A DNA stretch of 34,177 nt from an uncultured cyanobacterium (GCA_963766075.1 CAVYAN010000018.1:1-34177), one strand, 5' to 3'. Numbered from the stretch's first letter, positions 1 through 9,876 are shown. Numbers and translations: made by a program. Notes: a model not told the origin generated them from the sequence alone.

Positions 1-39
1 GGGCGATGCGACGGGCGTTTGGAGTTCTGCTGGGGTCAT
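1..39 (-). CDS. ctaD: Cytochrome c oxidase subunit I, first 13 codons only (runs off window)
   Basis: ATG at 39 reads MTPAELQTPVASP, 37 bp downstream of the subunit II stop. Identity is inferred only from the usual ctaC-ctaD gene order. Confidence 0.55.
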   Translation of the reverse strand, partial: MTPAELQTPVASP

Positions 40-76
40 AAAAAGCGCTGGAAGAGAGAGTTTTGCAGAAGAAGGC

Positions 77-1132
77 TTAATGGGCTAGGGCGTGGAGGGC
101 GGCCAGGTGTTTTGTGTCTAAGCCCATTGGCTCCAGAACAGGAGCGAGAAATTCATCCGGGGATTTGCGATCGGGGTCCGCCGCAGCGATCGCTGCGTCT
201 AGGCTACTAGCGCTGGCGTTCGCTTTTTGCTCATCAATCCAGGTGGCATAATCTGCCGGCGTTTCAGCAATTACTTTAGTGCGCATGATGCCGTGATACG
301 GCCCACAAAGCTCGGCACAAATCACGGGATACTCACCCACGACTGTTGGGGTAAAGCGCAGACCCGTCTCACGCCCTGGTACAGCATCCTGTTTTAATCG
401 AAATTCCGGTACCCAAAAGGCATGGATCACATCCTGGGCGTTAATCGACAAATCGACCGTGCGGCCCACGGGGACATGCAGCTCGCCTACAGTGATCCCC
501 GCATCGGGATACGTAAACAACCAGGCATACTGCAAGCCTAGGGCAGTGATTTTGAGATCGTCAGTGGCCTTAGCGGGATCGGACATGCGCGTCTCTGAGT
601 TCTGCAGGTCAGACGGCGACATGTCTGGCATCTGGGCGATCGCTGCTCCAGCAGAATTGTCATGTTCTGTCGCATGCAAAGGGACGGAATTCAACGTCGC
701 CGCCATCGCCGATCCCGGCATCTGGGCCATTTGCGTGGCCGATTTGCCATGGGCCATGGCGGAATGATCCATAGGATTTAATCCACCGATTTGGTTGTAT
801 ATGTCAAAACTATAGACCCCGATCCCCAACACCAGGATTGCTGGAATTCCTGTCCAAAGAATTTCCAACGGAAGATTACCGTGGATATTAGGACCATCGG
901 TGGTATCTCCGGGCTTTGCCCGAAACTTGAAAACAGCCACCACGATGACACCGATGACAATCAGGAATAGCCCCGTACCGATCACCATCATGATCGTAAA
1001 CAGGCCATCAATCAAAGGGGCCTCCGCCGACGCAGCGGCAGGGAGCAAGTGATTATTGAATCCGTACCAAATGCTGACTAGAGTCAGAGCAATTCCAGCT
1101 AGCATGGTCCAAATTGAGCCTGGAATATTCAC
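77..1132 (-). CDS. ctaC: Cytochrome c oxidase subunit II (CoxB/CtaC)
   Basis: Two TM helices with the IHGNLPLEILWT motif, and CuA ligands DVIHAFWVP...CAELCGPYHGIM. Likely start is GTG at 1132 (MNIPGSIWTML) rather than 1183. Confidence 0.96.
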   Translation of the reverse strand: MNIPGSIWTMLAGIALTLVSIWYGFNNHLLPAAASAEAPLIDGLFTIMMVIGTGLFLIVIGVIVVAVFKFRAKPGDTTDGPNIHGNLPLEILWTGIPAILVLGIGVYSFDIYNQIGGLNPMDHSAMAHGKSATQMAQMPGSAMAATLNSVPLHATEHDNSAGAAIAQMPDMSPSDLQNSETRMSDPAKATDDLKITALGLQYAWLFTYPDAGITVGELHVPVGRTVDLSINAQDVIHAFWVPEFRLKQDAVPGRETGLRFTPTVVGEYPVICAELCGPYHGIMRTKVIAETPADYATWIDEQKANASASSLDAAIAAADPDRKSPDEFLAPVLEPMGLDTKHLAALHALAH

Positions 1133-1165
1133 AGTTAAATACCGCCTACAAATAGATACTGACGA

Positions 1166-1562
1166 CCTAACAAGCCCTAACAATGACCTAACAAAAATAA
1201 TGGTCTGAACTCACTCAGCGATCCGAATGCTTCCATCGAACGAGGGTACAGAATGGTTTTGAAGGCACAGACTGATTTTGAAGGCACAAGCGGGTTCTCA
1301 AGGGAACGCTGATGAAATGGAGCTGATGAAACAGGGCTGATAAGCATGAAGCCAGCGTAACCCGCCCGAGAACCTCCTATACGTTAAACTAGTCCATCCG
1401 TAATTAGCCCCGCCCCCGCGCAACCTGCGGATTTTCTTTAGGATCCCACTGGGAAATCCCATGGAAGCATGAATATCCTGATCCCTAAAGTATGCTTCGC
1501 AACATTTAGCGGGCGATCTAGCGGGCGATCGCCTTGCCCTATGTGCGACCTATGTACGACCT
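1166..1562. repeat. Cluster of short local tandem duplications in the ctaC/ctaA divergent region
   Basis: CCTAACAA x3 (1166-1194); TTTTGAAGGCACA x2 (1257-1288); GCTGATGAAA x2.7 (1308-1343); TAGCGGGCGATC x2 (1507-1530); CCTATGTRCGA x2 (1538-1562). Confidence 0.8.
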
Positions 1563-1729
1563 CCTCGTTTTCTGTATACGACATTACGTATGGATTTAAG
1601 AAGTTCTGCAAATAGTCCGACATGAATCCCCACAATCCGAAGAAATTCCTAACATCCCCGCAGTCTGGAGAATTCCGTGATTAGAGTTAGGGAGTTAAAT
1701 TAGTGCTCATTCTCAGCCTCTGCTCTGTA

Positions 1730-1750
1730 GGTTAACTCCATAAGTTAACC
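1730..1750. promoter_or_regulatory. Inverted repeat, candidate transcription-factor site
   Basis: Perfect GGTTAACT-N5-AGTTAACC in the divergent ctaC/ctaA promoter region. Function is inferred. Confidence 0.35.
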
Positions 1751-2021
1751 CTGTTTTCTTAATGCCCCGTATGGACATTGACTCAATTTCTATTCTTTCT
1801 TAAACCGGAAGTCGAATCTCTTCGATGTAGCTGGTTCATGTTTTAAGTGATCCAGTTAGATTTCGGTTATGCACTGTAAACATTAGTGCTGTGGATATTG
1901 TGTTTTTGATGATGGGTTCGTATTCTGATCCCGATTAAAAACGATGGATAGACCTCTGCACCGTAGTAACTTCAGTTCGGCAGAAGTTTTGACGTTCAGT
2001 AATGCGAAGGGGATCGTCCCG

Positions 2022-2957
2022 ATGACTGATTTTGTTGTTTCTTCTCCTCCCGCTTCCGAGGCTCGTCCAATAGAATGGATACGGAAGCTCGTCTGGAGCA
2101 TGGTTTTAGAAACTCTGTTCTTAATGGCTGTGGGTAGTGCCACCCGCGTCATGAATGCTGGGCTGGCGTGTCCAGATTGGCCGCTGTGCTACGGCCAACT
2201 GTTACCTCAGCAGCAGTTGGGCAATCTGCAAGTCTTTTTGGAATGGTTCCATCGCCTGATGGCCTTTCTCATGGGCATGTCGGCGATCGCCCTTACCCTG
2301 CTCAGCCTTTGGCACCGCCGTGTGTTACCCAAGTGGTTACCCTGGGCAGCGCTCCTCTCCCTGGGCTTGATTGTCTTTCAGGGGATCTTGGGCGGTTTAA
2401 CCGTGACCCAACTTCTGCGGTTTGATATTGTCACTGCCCATTTAGGGACTGCCCTCCTGTTTTTTATCACGGTCCTCAGCATCGGGATTTGTCTCCTGCC
2501 CTACGAGGGACGGGGTACAGCGGGGCCTCTGCCGGGGCTAGGGTTCACGGCGGCGGGATTGGTCTATATCCAAAGCCTGCTCGGAGCGCTCGTCGGCTCT
2601 CAATGGGCGGTGCATCAATGTCTTAGTGCGTCCCAGCTTTGCCAAGTGATGAATAGCCATCTGATCGGTGTGGTCCCGGCCACCGTGGCGACCGTGCTGC
2701 TCACGGGGTGGGTCTGGCGGACTCCGGCATTACATCCCGCGCTGCAAGGGTTGGCCAAGGCGGCAGCCTGCATCGTTGTCATCCAGATTCTTTTGGGTGT
2801 GGCCACCTTCAAACTGCGCCTGCAAGTGGAACCGCTAACGGTGGCCCATCAGGTCATGGGGGCCACGTTGTTGGGCATTTTGGTGGCGTTTACCGTTCTT
2901 TCCCTGCGGGATGGAGGGGAGGGCGCGTTGCGGAGTAGCTCCTTGCGGAATGGATAA
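2022..2957 (+). CDS. ctaA: Heme A synthase (COX15/CtaA)
   Basis: GLACPDWPLC, EWFHR and AHL motifs, multiple TM helices, next to ctaB and ctaC. ATG at 2022 after GAAGGGG is preferred to 1944. Confidence 0.93.
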   Translation: MTDFVVSSPPASEARPIEWIRKLVWSMVLETLFLMAVGSATRVMNAGLACPDWPLCYGQLLPQQQLGNLQVFLEWFHRLMAFLMGMSAIALTLLSLWHRRVLPKWLPWAALLSLGLIVFQGILGGLTVTQLLRFDIVTAHLGTALLFFITVLSIGICLLPYEGRGTAGPLPGLGFTAAGLVYIQSLLGALVGSQWAVHQCLSASQLCQVMNSHLIGVVPATVATVLLTGWVWRTPALHPALQGLAKAAACIVVIQILLGVATFKLRLQVEPLTVAHQVMGATLLGILVAFTVLSLRDGGEGALRSSSLRNG

Positions 2958-3227
2958 CCGGGATACCCCGAAAAGTTATGCCCCGAAAATCACCATTTCT
3001 CGCCTATGGGATCTTGACCGTTAGGATCCAATCTTCATCTTCCATCGGTGCTTTTGCAGGTCTGGGCTTACCGACAAGTCTTTGCCTGCCCGTTTAATTC
3101 TCTCTCCCAACGGAACTCTTCACCCCGTTAATCCTTCTGTTCACGCTGGGGTTATTCGTTCAAAGCTATTCTTTCAAAATTTTCTCTTGGCCTCTACTCT
3201 CTAACGCTTTAGCCTTTTGGATTGCTC

Positions 3228-4229
3228 ATGCAAGAAACCATTCTTAACTCAAATCGGCTTAACTCCACCCGGCATCACGAAAACTTTTGGCAGGTGTGCC
3301 AAAGTTACTATCAACTGACTAAGCCCCGCATCATCTTGTTGTTGTTGATTACCACCGCTGGCGGCATGTGGATTGCGGCGAAGGGGCAGGTTGATCCAGT
3401 GCTCTTGATTGTGACGCTGCTGAGTGGGGCCTTTGCTTCTGGCGCCGCCAATACCATCAACTGTTTGTACGATCGCGACATTGACTACATCATGGAGCGC
3501 ACGCGCCATCGGCCTTTGCCCTCAGGTCGGGTGCAGGCCAAGGATGCCCTTGCCTTTGCGATCGTGCTCACGGTGCTTTCGTTTACACTGCTCACAATTT
3601 TTGCCAATGTACTGAGCGCGCTCTTGGCCATGTCCGGTATTGTCTGCTATGTGCTGGTTTACACCCATTGGCTGAAGCGCCACAGCACTCAGAATATTGT
3701 GATTGGTGGCGCTGCGGGGGCAATTCCGCCCTTGGTGGGCTGGGCTGCGGTGACCGGAGACTTAAGCTGGGCCGCCTGGGTCCTGTTCGCCATTGTTTTT
3801 CTGTGGACTCCGCCCCATTTCTGGGCGTTGGCCTTAATGATTCGGGAGGACTATGCCAAGGTGGGTGTGCCGATGCTGCCTGTGGTCGCCGGGAATGAAT
3901 CCACGGCGGATCAAATTCTGGGTTATACGCTGATTTTAATTCCGGCGACTCTGGCCCTAGTCCATCCGCTGCATGTAATGGGCGGGGTGTATGGGGCGAT
4001 CGCCCTTCTTCTCGGCGGTATCTTTACCTGGAAAGCGTGGCAAGTTGTGCAACAGCCCCATGAGTACGGCATTGCTCGCTCGTTGTTCAAATACTCCATC
4101 CTCTACATGATGCTTCTGTGTAGCGGCATGGTCATTGACAGCTTGCCCCTAACCCATACGCTGACGACAGCGGTTGCCGATCATTTCACAACCCTGACCA
4201 GTTTGTTGCCGATCGCCCCCTATCGATGA
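3228..4229 (+). CDS. ctaB: Heme O synthase (protoheme IX farnesyltransferase, CtaB/CyoE)
   Basis: [27 protein letters not shown] and WTPPHFWAL motifs. Confidence 0.96.
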   Translation: MQETILNSNRLNSTRHHENFWQVCQSYYQLTKPRIILLLLITTAGGMWIAAKGQVDPVLLIVTLLSGAFASGAANTINCLYDRDIDYIMERTRHRPLPSGRVQAKDALAFAIVLTVLSFTLLTIFANVLSALLAMSGIVCYVLVYTHWLKRHSTQNIVIGGAAGAIPPLVGWAAVTGDLSWAAWVLFAIVFLWTPPHFWALALMIREDYAKVGVPMLPVVAGNESTADQILGYTLILIPATLALVHPLHVMGGVYGAIALLLGGIFTWKAWQVVQQPHEYGIARSLFKYSILYMMLLCSGMVIDSLPLTHTLTTAVADHFTTLTSLLPIAPYR

Positions 4230-4309
4230 GGGATGCGGGGATGTGACCGGAGTTAGGAGGACTAACCCGTTAAAATAGAATTGAGTTCTCTAGTTTAATG
4301 GGCGCAATT

Positions 4310-5330
4310 ATGGCGATCGCTGTTTGCATCGAAAAGCTGCAAAAACGCTATGGCACGGTCCAAGCCGTCAAAGATGTTTCACTTCACGTAGAAGCGGGTG
4401 AAATCTTTGGTTTGCTGGGGCCGAATGGGGCGGGTAAAACCACGACGTTGCGTTGCCTTTGCACGCTGACCGAGCCGGATGCGGGCACGATTGAGGTGTC
4501 GGGTATTTCGGCGATCGCCCAGCCTAAACTGGCCCGCCAAAAGCTGGGGTATGTAGCCCAGGAAGTGGCCTTGGATAAAGTCCTCACCGGGCGAGAACTC
4601 CTGGAACTGCAAGCCGCCCTCTACCATTTGCCTCGGCGGTCTATTCCCGACCGGATCAATACAACCCTCACCCTCCTAGGGCTTCAAGAATATGCCGACA
4701 AAAAAACAGGCACCTACTCGGGCGGGTTGAAAAAGCGCCTCGATCTCGCGGCGGGATTACTGCATCAGCCCGATGTTTTGGTCTTGGATGAACCCACGGT
4801 GGGGTTGGATATTGAAAGTCGGGTGATTGTGTGGGAGTTTCTGCGGCAGTTGCGATCGCAGGGCACGACCATTATCCTCACCAGCCATTATTTAGAAGAG
4901 GTAGATGCCCTAGCCGATCGCGTGGCGATTATCGATCAGGGATGTGGTGATCGCAGCAGGCACCCCCTCAGACTTGAAGGCCAAGGTTGGGGGCGATCGC
5001 ATTACCCTGCGGCTGCGCGAATTCACCCCCCCCGCCGAAGCGGAACAGGCTAAGGCGCTCCTTCAATCCCTGCCTATTGTCCAAGAAGTGATCATTAATA
5101 GTGCCCAGGGGAATTCTCTCAACCTCGTAGTCGCAGCCCAGGGCGAAGCCCTCATGACTGTTCAACGCACCTTGCAAGATGCCGGACTGCCCACCTTTGG
5201 CATTGCCCAATCCCGACCCAGTCTGGATGATGTGTACCTCGCCGCCACGGGCAAGACCTTACTGGATGCGGAAATCGCCGCAGTGAGTACGCGGGATGAA
5301 AAGGCAGAACGCAAGCAGAATATGCGCTGA
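4310..5330 (+). CDS. DrrA-like ABC transporter ATP-binding protein, split by a one-base frameshift at ~4940-4943
   Basis: Walker A GPNGAGKT, signature YSGG, Walker B VLVLDEPT and H-loop TSHY. After IIDQG the sequence continues in another frame as VVIAAGTPSDLK...SRPSLDDVYLAATG (ORF 4944-5330). Confidence 0.88.
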
Positions 5331-5468
5331 TTGAGTAACGCTCCCAATCAACACGGCTCTTCATCGCAACCTTAACCTGGGCTTTACCAAAGGAAACTCA
5401 GGGAGGTGGTAGGTTGAGGAATATATTGACCAGTTTCAAATTTGTGGCGTTCAAAAAACAGTAGTGTA

Positions 5469-5921
5469 ATGAGCGAACTCGTTGTAGTCGGTTTTGATGG
5501 CAAATTTAAAGCTGAAGAGGTTCTCCTAAGCCTTCTCAAGCTGGAGCAAGAGCATTTGCTAGATCTGGATGATGCGGTTGTTGTGATTAAGAATGCTCAG
5601 GGCAAAATTAGGGTCAAGGCTTACCATGACTTAACTGCGCCAATTCCTGAATTAGGGAATGAACTGTGGGGCGGGATGATTAGTGCGGTTGTGTTCCATC
5701 GTGATGTTGAAATCGCCCAGGATGTGTTTGATCCTGATTTCTTGAGCAAAGTCGAAGCATCCTTAAAACCGAATTCATCGGCACTATTTACGTTTGTGCG
5801 ATCGGCAGAACCCAACGCCCTGCTGGCAGCCTTGTCGGGTGTGGGTGGAGAAATAATCCGCACAACGCTTTCGGCAGCAGCGCAGCAAAAGCTCCAGGTG
5901 GTCTTGAGTACGGCTGTTTAA
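5469..5921 (+). CDS. DUF1269-like protein
   Basis: MSELVVVGFD...AEEV...LDDAVVV...GKIRV and a C-terminal LKPNSSALF...GGEIIRTTLS pattern typical of DUF1269. ATG at 5469. Confidence 0.75.
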   Translation: MSELVVVGFDGKFKAEEVLLSLLKLEQEHLLDLDDAVVVIKNAQGKIRVKAYHDLTAPIPELGNELWGGMISAVVFHRDVEIAQDVFDPDFLSKVEASLKPNSSALFTFVRSAEPNALLAALSGVGGEIIRTTLSAAAQQKLQVVLSTAV

Positions 5922-6019
5922 TCTCCAGCTTAAATCTCATACGTCAGCTTTCAGGCGCTTTGTCCTCCCCCTCTGGGCTATATATTTGGAGGCGGCGCGC
6001 TGTCTCATTGACTATATCC

Positions 6020-6550
6020 TCAATAACTGCAGGACGATCGCTCATAATAAAATCGGCTAGGTGGATGATACAAAGTCCAAGAGTTAGTGCAGCCTATGGG
6101 CCTCTGACCAAACTCATTAAAAGGAGGATTATGGCGTTCCCTTGTGTAGCAGCGGAGATTGGCCGTATCCTGTAGGGCTTGTTCGTCGGCTGGGGAGCCT
6201 CCAGAAATGGGCAAGATCCACAGGATTTTTTGGGGCGCCGCCGCGTATTTCCGGAACCATGCGCTAATCCGCGCCAACTCCTTGGGGGAGCACGAGTAGG
6301 TCGCTCCTAAATTGATAGCGGATTCATCATGCAGACGAACCCGAATCCAAACATCGCTCCCGTCTCCAAAGGTATACCCACCCCCCTTAATCTGATCCCC
6401 CTTCGACACCAGCGATCGAAATCTCATATCACGAGAAAATCCACCGGTATCAGGGAGAGGAAATTCTCCGAGATATGCGATCACAAATAAACCAGGCACC
6501 CCGATCAGAATCGCGATCGTCCATAGCAATATTTTCATTGGCGATTTCAT
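6020..6550 (-). CDS. Hypothetical protein with N-terminal membrane anchor or signal
   Basis: 176-aa ORF with a hydrophobic N-terminus (ILLWTIAILIGVPGLFVIAYL) and GGAG upstream of the start. No family recognised. Confidence 0.65.
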   Translation of the reverse strand: MKSPMKILLWTIAILIGVPGLFVIAYLGEFPLPDTGGFSRDMRFRSLVSKGDQIKGGGYTFGDGSDVWIRVRLHDESAINLGATYSCSPKELARISAWFRKYAAAPQKILWILPISGGSPADEQALQDTANLRCYTRERHNPPFNEFGQRPIGCTNSWTLYHPPSRFYYERSSCSY

Positions 6551-6900
6551 GACTCGTCTCCCACGTTAGAAGTGATGCGCTCATCCTGCATGCGATCCCC
6601 CTGACCCGATCTGTCTACTGAGTGGCTTTCCCCACCATGAAGCTCAGACAGACAGACTTCCGGCTGAAGGTGTGAGATGCTCCCACGCGAAAAGCCTCCG
6701 CAACCTTAGCTTCTGGCTCTCTAGGGTATAGAATCGCCTCGGTAGTATCGAACTTTTTCAGTATATTTGGCGAGAGCGTTTCAGGGTGGAATCGACCCAA
6801 GGTAGAATTAATATTTTATGAATACTTCATGGTTCCAGTACCATTCCACTGGAACGCCGCCATCACAGCACTTTTTGGTAGGCAACACGGATGAATCGCA

Positions 6901-6937
6901 GGCCCTGAATCAGTAGCCCTGAATCAGTGGCCCTGAA
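6901..6937. repeat. 14-bp tandem repeat x2.6
   Basis: GGCCCTGAATCAGT / AGCCCTGAATCAGT / GGCCCTGAA. Confidence 0.8.
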
Positions 6938-7180
6938 CGCCCGAGCTTTTTCCCAGGACTTTGCGCGCAGTACGCGAAGGGGTGGTTCGCCCAGTTACTG
7001 CCTGCACGGTGATAGCCCTGTAGACTAGCGTGCGCCATCAGAATTGGGGTGCCCAAAGTGTACAATAGCTCCCTTGGTGATTAATTTCACCGTAACCAGA
7101 AATTTTCTGGAACTTCCAGTTCAGTCCCGTTTTTTCAAGCCCTAACTCTTTTCGGCCTTAAGTCGGTAGTTGCAATTAAA

Positions 7181-7258
7181 CGTAGGATAGGCAAAGGGCA
7201 TTGCCCATGCCCATCATCACAGTTGGCGCTGGGCACGCTGGGCTTTGCCCAGCCTACG
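7181..7258. repeat. GTAG-type REP doublet (REPIN-like inverted pair)
   Basis: CGTAGGATAGGCAAAG...TGCCCATC is followed by the inverted copy GCTGGGCACGCTGGGCTTTGCCCAGCCTACG. Each arm is GTAG plus an imperfect palindrome. Confidence 0.65.
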
Positions 7259-7337
7259 CCGGTTTTATATTTAATTGGGCTTTCCTACTTAATTCTCAGT
7301 CCTTCATTTCTCAGTCATTCACGGTGGCGAATCTTCT

Positions 7338-8570
7338 ATGGCAACCATTAACTCTAACTACCTCAAACTCAAGGCGGGCTATCTGTTTCCCGAAATCGCC
7401 CGTCGGGTGAATGCCTTTGCTGCGGCCCATCCCGATGCCAAAATTATCCGCTTGGGAATTGGGGATGTTACCGAACCTTTGCCTGCGGCCTGTCGCACTG
7501 CCATGATTCAGGCTGTGGAAGACATGGGCGATCGCACCCGGTTCAAGGGCTACGGTCCCGAGCAGGGCTACGAATGGCTACGGCAGGCGATCGCCCAGCA
7601 TGACTTCCAAGCGCGGGGCTGCGACATTGACGCCTCCGAGATCTTCATTTCCGATGGGTCTAAGTGCGACTGCGGCAATATTCTAGACATTCTCGGTCAG
7701 GATAATACCATCGCTGTCACCGATCCCGTTTATCCCGTCTATGTCGACACTAACGTCATGGCGGGCAACACCGGCGATGCCAACGACAAAGGCGAATACG
7801 CGGGGTTAATCTATCTGCCCATTTCCGCCGAAAATAATTTCACCGCCGAAATTCCGGCGCAAAAAGTCGATCTGATCTACCTCTGCTTTCCTAACAACCC
7901 CACGGGCGCAACGGCTACCCGCGCCCATTTGCAAGCCTGGGTGGACTATGCCAAAGCCCACGGTTCGATCATCTTCTTTGATGCGGCCTACGAAGCCTTC
8001 ATTACCGATCCAGATCTGCCACACTCGATTTATGAAATTCCAGGGGCGCGGGACTGTGCGATCGAATTCCGTTCCTTCTCCAAAAATGCTGGATTCACGG
8101 GTACCCGGTGTGCCTTCACCGTTGTCCCTAAAACCCTCATGGGCAAAGCCGATGATGGGTCTGACGTGGATCTCTGGCGACTTTGGAATCGCCGTCAATC
8201 TACTAAGTTTAACGGTGTGTCTTACATTGTCCAACGCGGTGCCGAGGCCGTCTACTCCGCAGCCGGACAGGCCGAAACCCAGGCATTGGTCGGTTTCTAC
8301 ATGGAAAATGCTGCCATTATTCGGGCGCAACTGACTGCTGCGGGTATCCAAGTTTACGGTGGCACCAATGCTCCCTATGTCTGGGTCAAAACGCCTCAAA
8401 GTCTGTCCAGTTGGGATTTCTTTGATAAATTGTTGCATACCTGTCATGTCGTGGGGACACCCGGTTCTGGGTTTGGGGCAGCGGGCGAAGGCTACTTCCG
8501 CATTTCTGCCTTTAACAGCCGAGAGAATGTCAATGAAGCGATGCAGCGCATGAAACATTCATTAATGTGA
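7338..8570 (+). CDS. dapL: LL-diaminopimelate aminotransferase
   Basis: [32 protein letters not shown] and the PLP-lysine motif [12 protein letters not shown]. Confidence 0.97.
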   Translation: MATINSNYLKLKAGYLFPEIARRVNAFAAAHPDAKIIRLGIGDVTEPLPAACRTAMIQAVEDMGDRTRFKGYGPEQGYEWLRQAIAQHDFQARGCDIDASEIFISDGSKCDCGNILDILGQDNTIAVTDPVYPVYVDTNVMAGNTGDANDKGEYAGLIYLPISAENNFTAEIPAQKVDLIYLCFPNNPTGATATRAHLQAWVDYAKAHGSIIFFDAAYEAFITDPDLPHSIYEIPGARDCAIEFRSFSKNAGFTGTRCAFTVVPKTLMGKADDGSDVDLWRLWNRRQSTKFNGVSYIVQRGAEAVYSAAGQAETQALVGFYMENAAIIRAQLTAAGIQVYGGTNAPYVWVKTPQSLSSWDFFDKLLHTCHVVGTPGSGFGAAGEGYFRISAFNSRENVNEAMQRMKHSLM

Positions 8571-8616
8571 TGGGGTTGCGATTTGCTCCGCCCGTCCCCA
8601 GGACTTTCTCTTAGGC

Positions 8617-8651
8617 TGATATGAGATCGGGGTCTCGCCGATCTCATATCA
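8617..8651. terminator. Hairpin between convergent genes, probable terminator
   Basis: Perfect 14-bp stem TGATATGAGATCGG / CCGATCTCATATCA with a 7-nt loop. Confidence 0.6.
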
Positions 8652-8754
8652 CTTCTACTCCGGGCAAAACTAGAGCATCCTGCTGGAGTAAATGGTCCTG
8701 GCACGGTGGGATGCAGCCCGTCCTGCTTCCAAAGCAGTCCGCGATCGCGGACCC

Positions 8755-9876
8755 TCAGCGATCGCGGACTGTCCCATTGCCCAACGTGCCACGAAACGGT
8801 ACATCAATCGGTGGTTCCTTTTTATTGACCCCAAATACCTCCAAACGGATCACCTGCGTATTCGGTAAAACCACCGTTCCCGAGGCATTATTGCCATTTA
8901 ATCCCGCTGAATTACTAATCCCCGTGATCCCACCAATGCTGATGGTCTGAGCATCAAAATCAACTGCGATCGGGGTTATGAACTCAGTCGAATCCGATAT
9001 AAATCGGCCCGTCGTATTTGTGTCCCGAATAAACGTCCCGGTCAAAAAACTTGAAACTTGAAACGTCACGGGAGCCCTCGCCCCTTCGCCTTGCCGCTGT
9101 TGACCATCAAAATCAAAGTCTCCCTCCCGTCCCAGCAGTGCCTCTCTCAAGAACGTTGACTCAAAGCCCTGGGGCAATGCCGCCACCTGCTCTAGATCAG
9201 GTAAGGGCACCTCAAAACCCTCAACCAGGGGCGCGGAAATATCCTGAATTTCAGCGGGACTTAAGGTGGTCACCGCGACACTGCCTGTAGCCGTGGTGGC
9301 CAGGGTGCCATCGGCTGTCGTTGTCACCTCCTGCCCAGCGCCCACCGTTACCGTGCGATCTGGAGCCAGCGTACTAAAGACTTCCACCTCCCCCTTCAGC
9401 ACAATCACCTGGGCTTGCTTCTGGCCGTCGAACTTCATAATGAAGACGGTGCCCTTGGGATTCACCTTCAAGATATTGCCCACACACCCTTTGAGCGCAA
9501 AATCCCGTTTTTTGGCCACGATCGCCTGTCCTTTAATCAATTGGACGCATTCGCCCACCGTTAAAGATGAACTTTGACCTAAGCGGATTCCAGCATTCGT
9601 CCCAAACAACAGTCCCGCTTTAGACGACCCGTTGGTCGCCACCATTTGCCCCTGCGTGCTGATCGCATTAAGCCGCGCTGGCTTGCCCTGGATCGTGACC
9701 CTTTTCTGGCCCAACAGCTCCCGGATCGTGGCCCGCTGGGCTTCCTGAGCCACCCCCGACAACGGCCAGAGCAACCCCATCAGCACACAGCCCACGCCCA
9801 CCGTCTGCCAGCGGTGCCCACGGAACTGGAAAACAGGCAACGAAAACAGAGAACTTGAGAACAGAGAACTAAACAT
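8755..9876 (-). CDS. Secreted FecR-domain protein with an unrecognised C-terminal beta-rich domain
   Basis: Signal-peptide-like segment ending SGVA-QE, then a FecR-like pattern (AGLLF..AGIRLGQSSSLTV...KGTVFIM...VIVLKGEVEV...VTVGAGQ). Start is ATG 9876 or TTG 9915. Confidence 0.7.
   Translation of the reverse strand: MFSSLFSSSLFSLPVFQFRGHRWQTVGVGCVLMGLLWPLSGVAQEAQRATIRELLGQKRVTIQGKPARLNAISTQGQMVATNGSSKAGLLFGTNAGIRLGQSSSLTVGECVQLIKGQAIVAKKRDFALKGCVGNILKVNPKGTVFIMKFDGQKQAQVIVLKGEVEVFSTLAPDRTVTVGAGQEVTTTADGTLATTATGSVAVTTLSPAEIQDISAPLVEGFEVPLPDLEQVAALPQGFESTFLREALLGREGDFDFDGQQRQGEGARAPVTFQVSSFLTGTFIRDTNTTGRFISDSTEFITPIAVDFDAQTISIGGITGISNSAGLNGNNASGTVVLPNTQVIRLEVFGVNKKEPPIDVPFRGTLGNGTVRDR

Noticed and set aside
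4930..4955. Programmed ribosomal frameshift in the ABC ATPase
   Set aside because: There is no slippery heptamer, and similar single-base lesions occur throughout the window.
6615..6800. Short intergenic ORFs (6615-6800, 1438-1635, 21628-21810, 21811-22008, 15830-16147)
   Set aside because: They have no recognisable motifs and mostly weak starts, and 15830-16147 overlaps rpsB and its promoter. They cannot be supported as genes.
6551..7337. Possible lysine riboswitch upstream of dapL
   Set aside because: Conserved lysine-riboswitch elements could not be identified by eye. The visible structure is explained by a REP doublet and small hairpins.
7806..8558. 250-aa antisense ORF within dapL
   Set aside because: It fully overlaps a confident gene on the opposite strand and has no independent coding signal.
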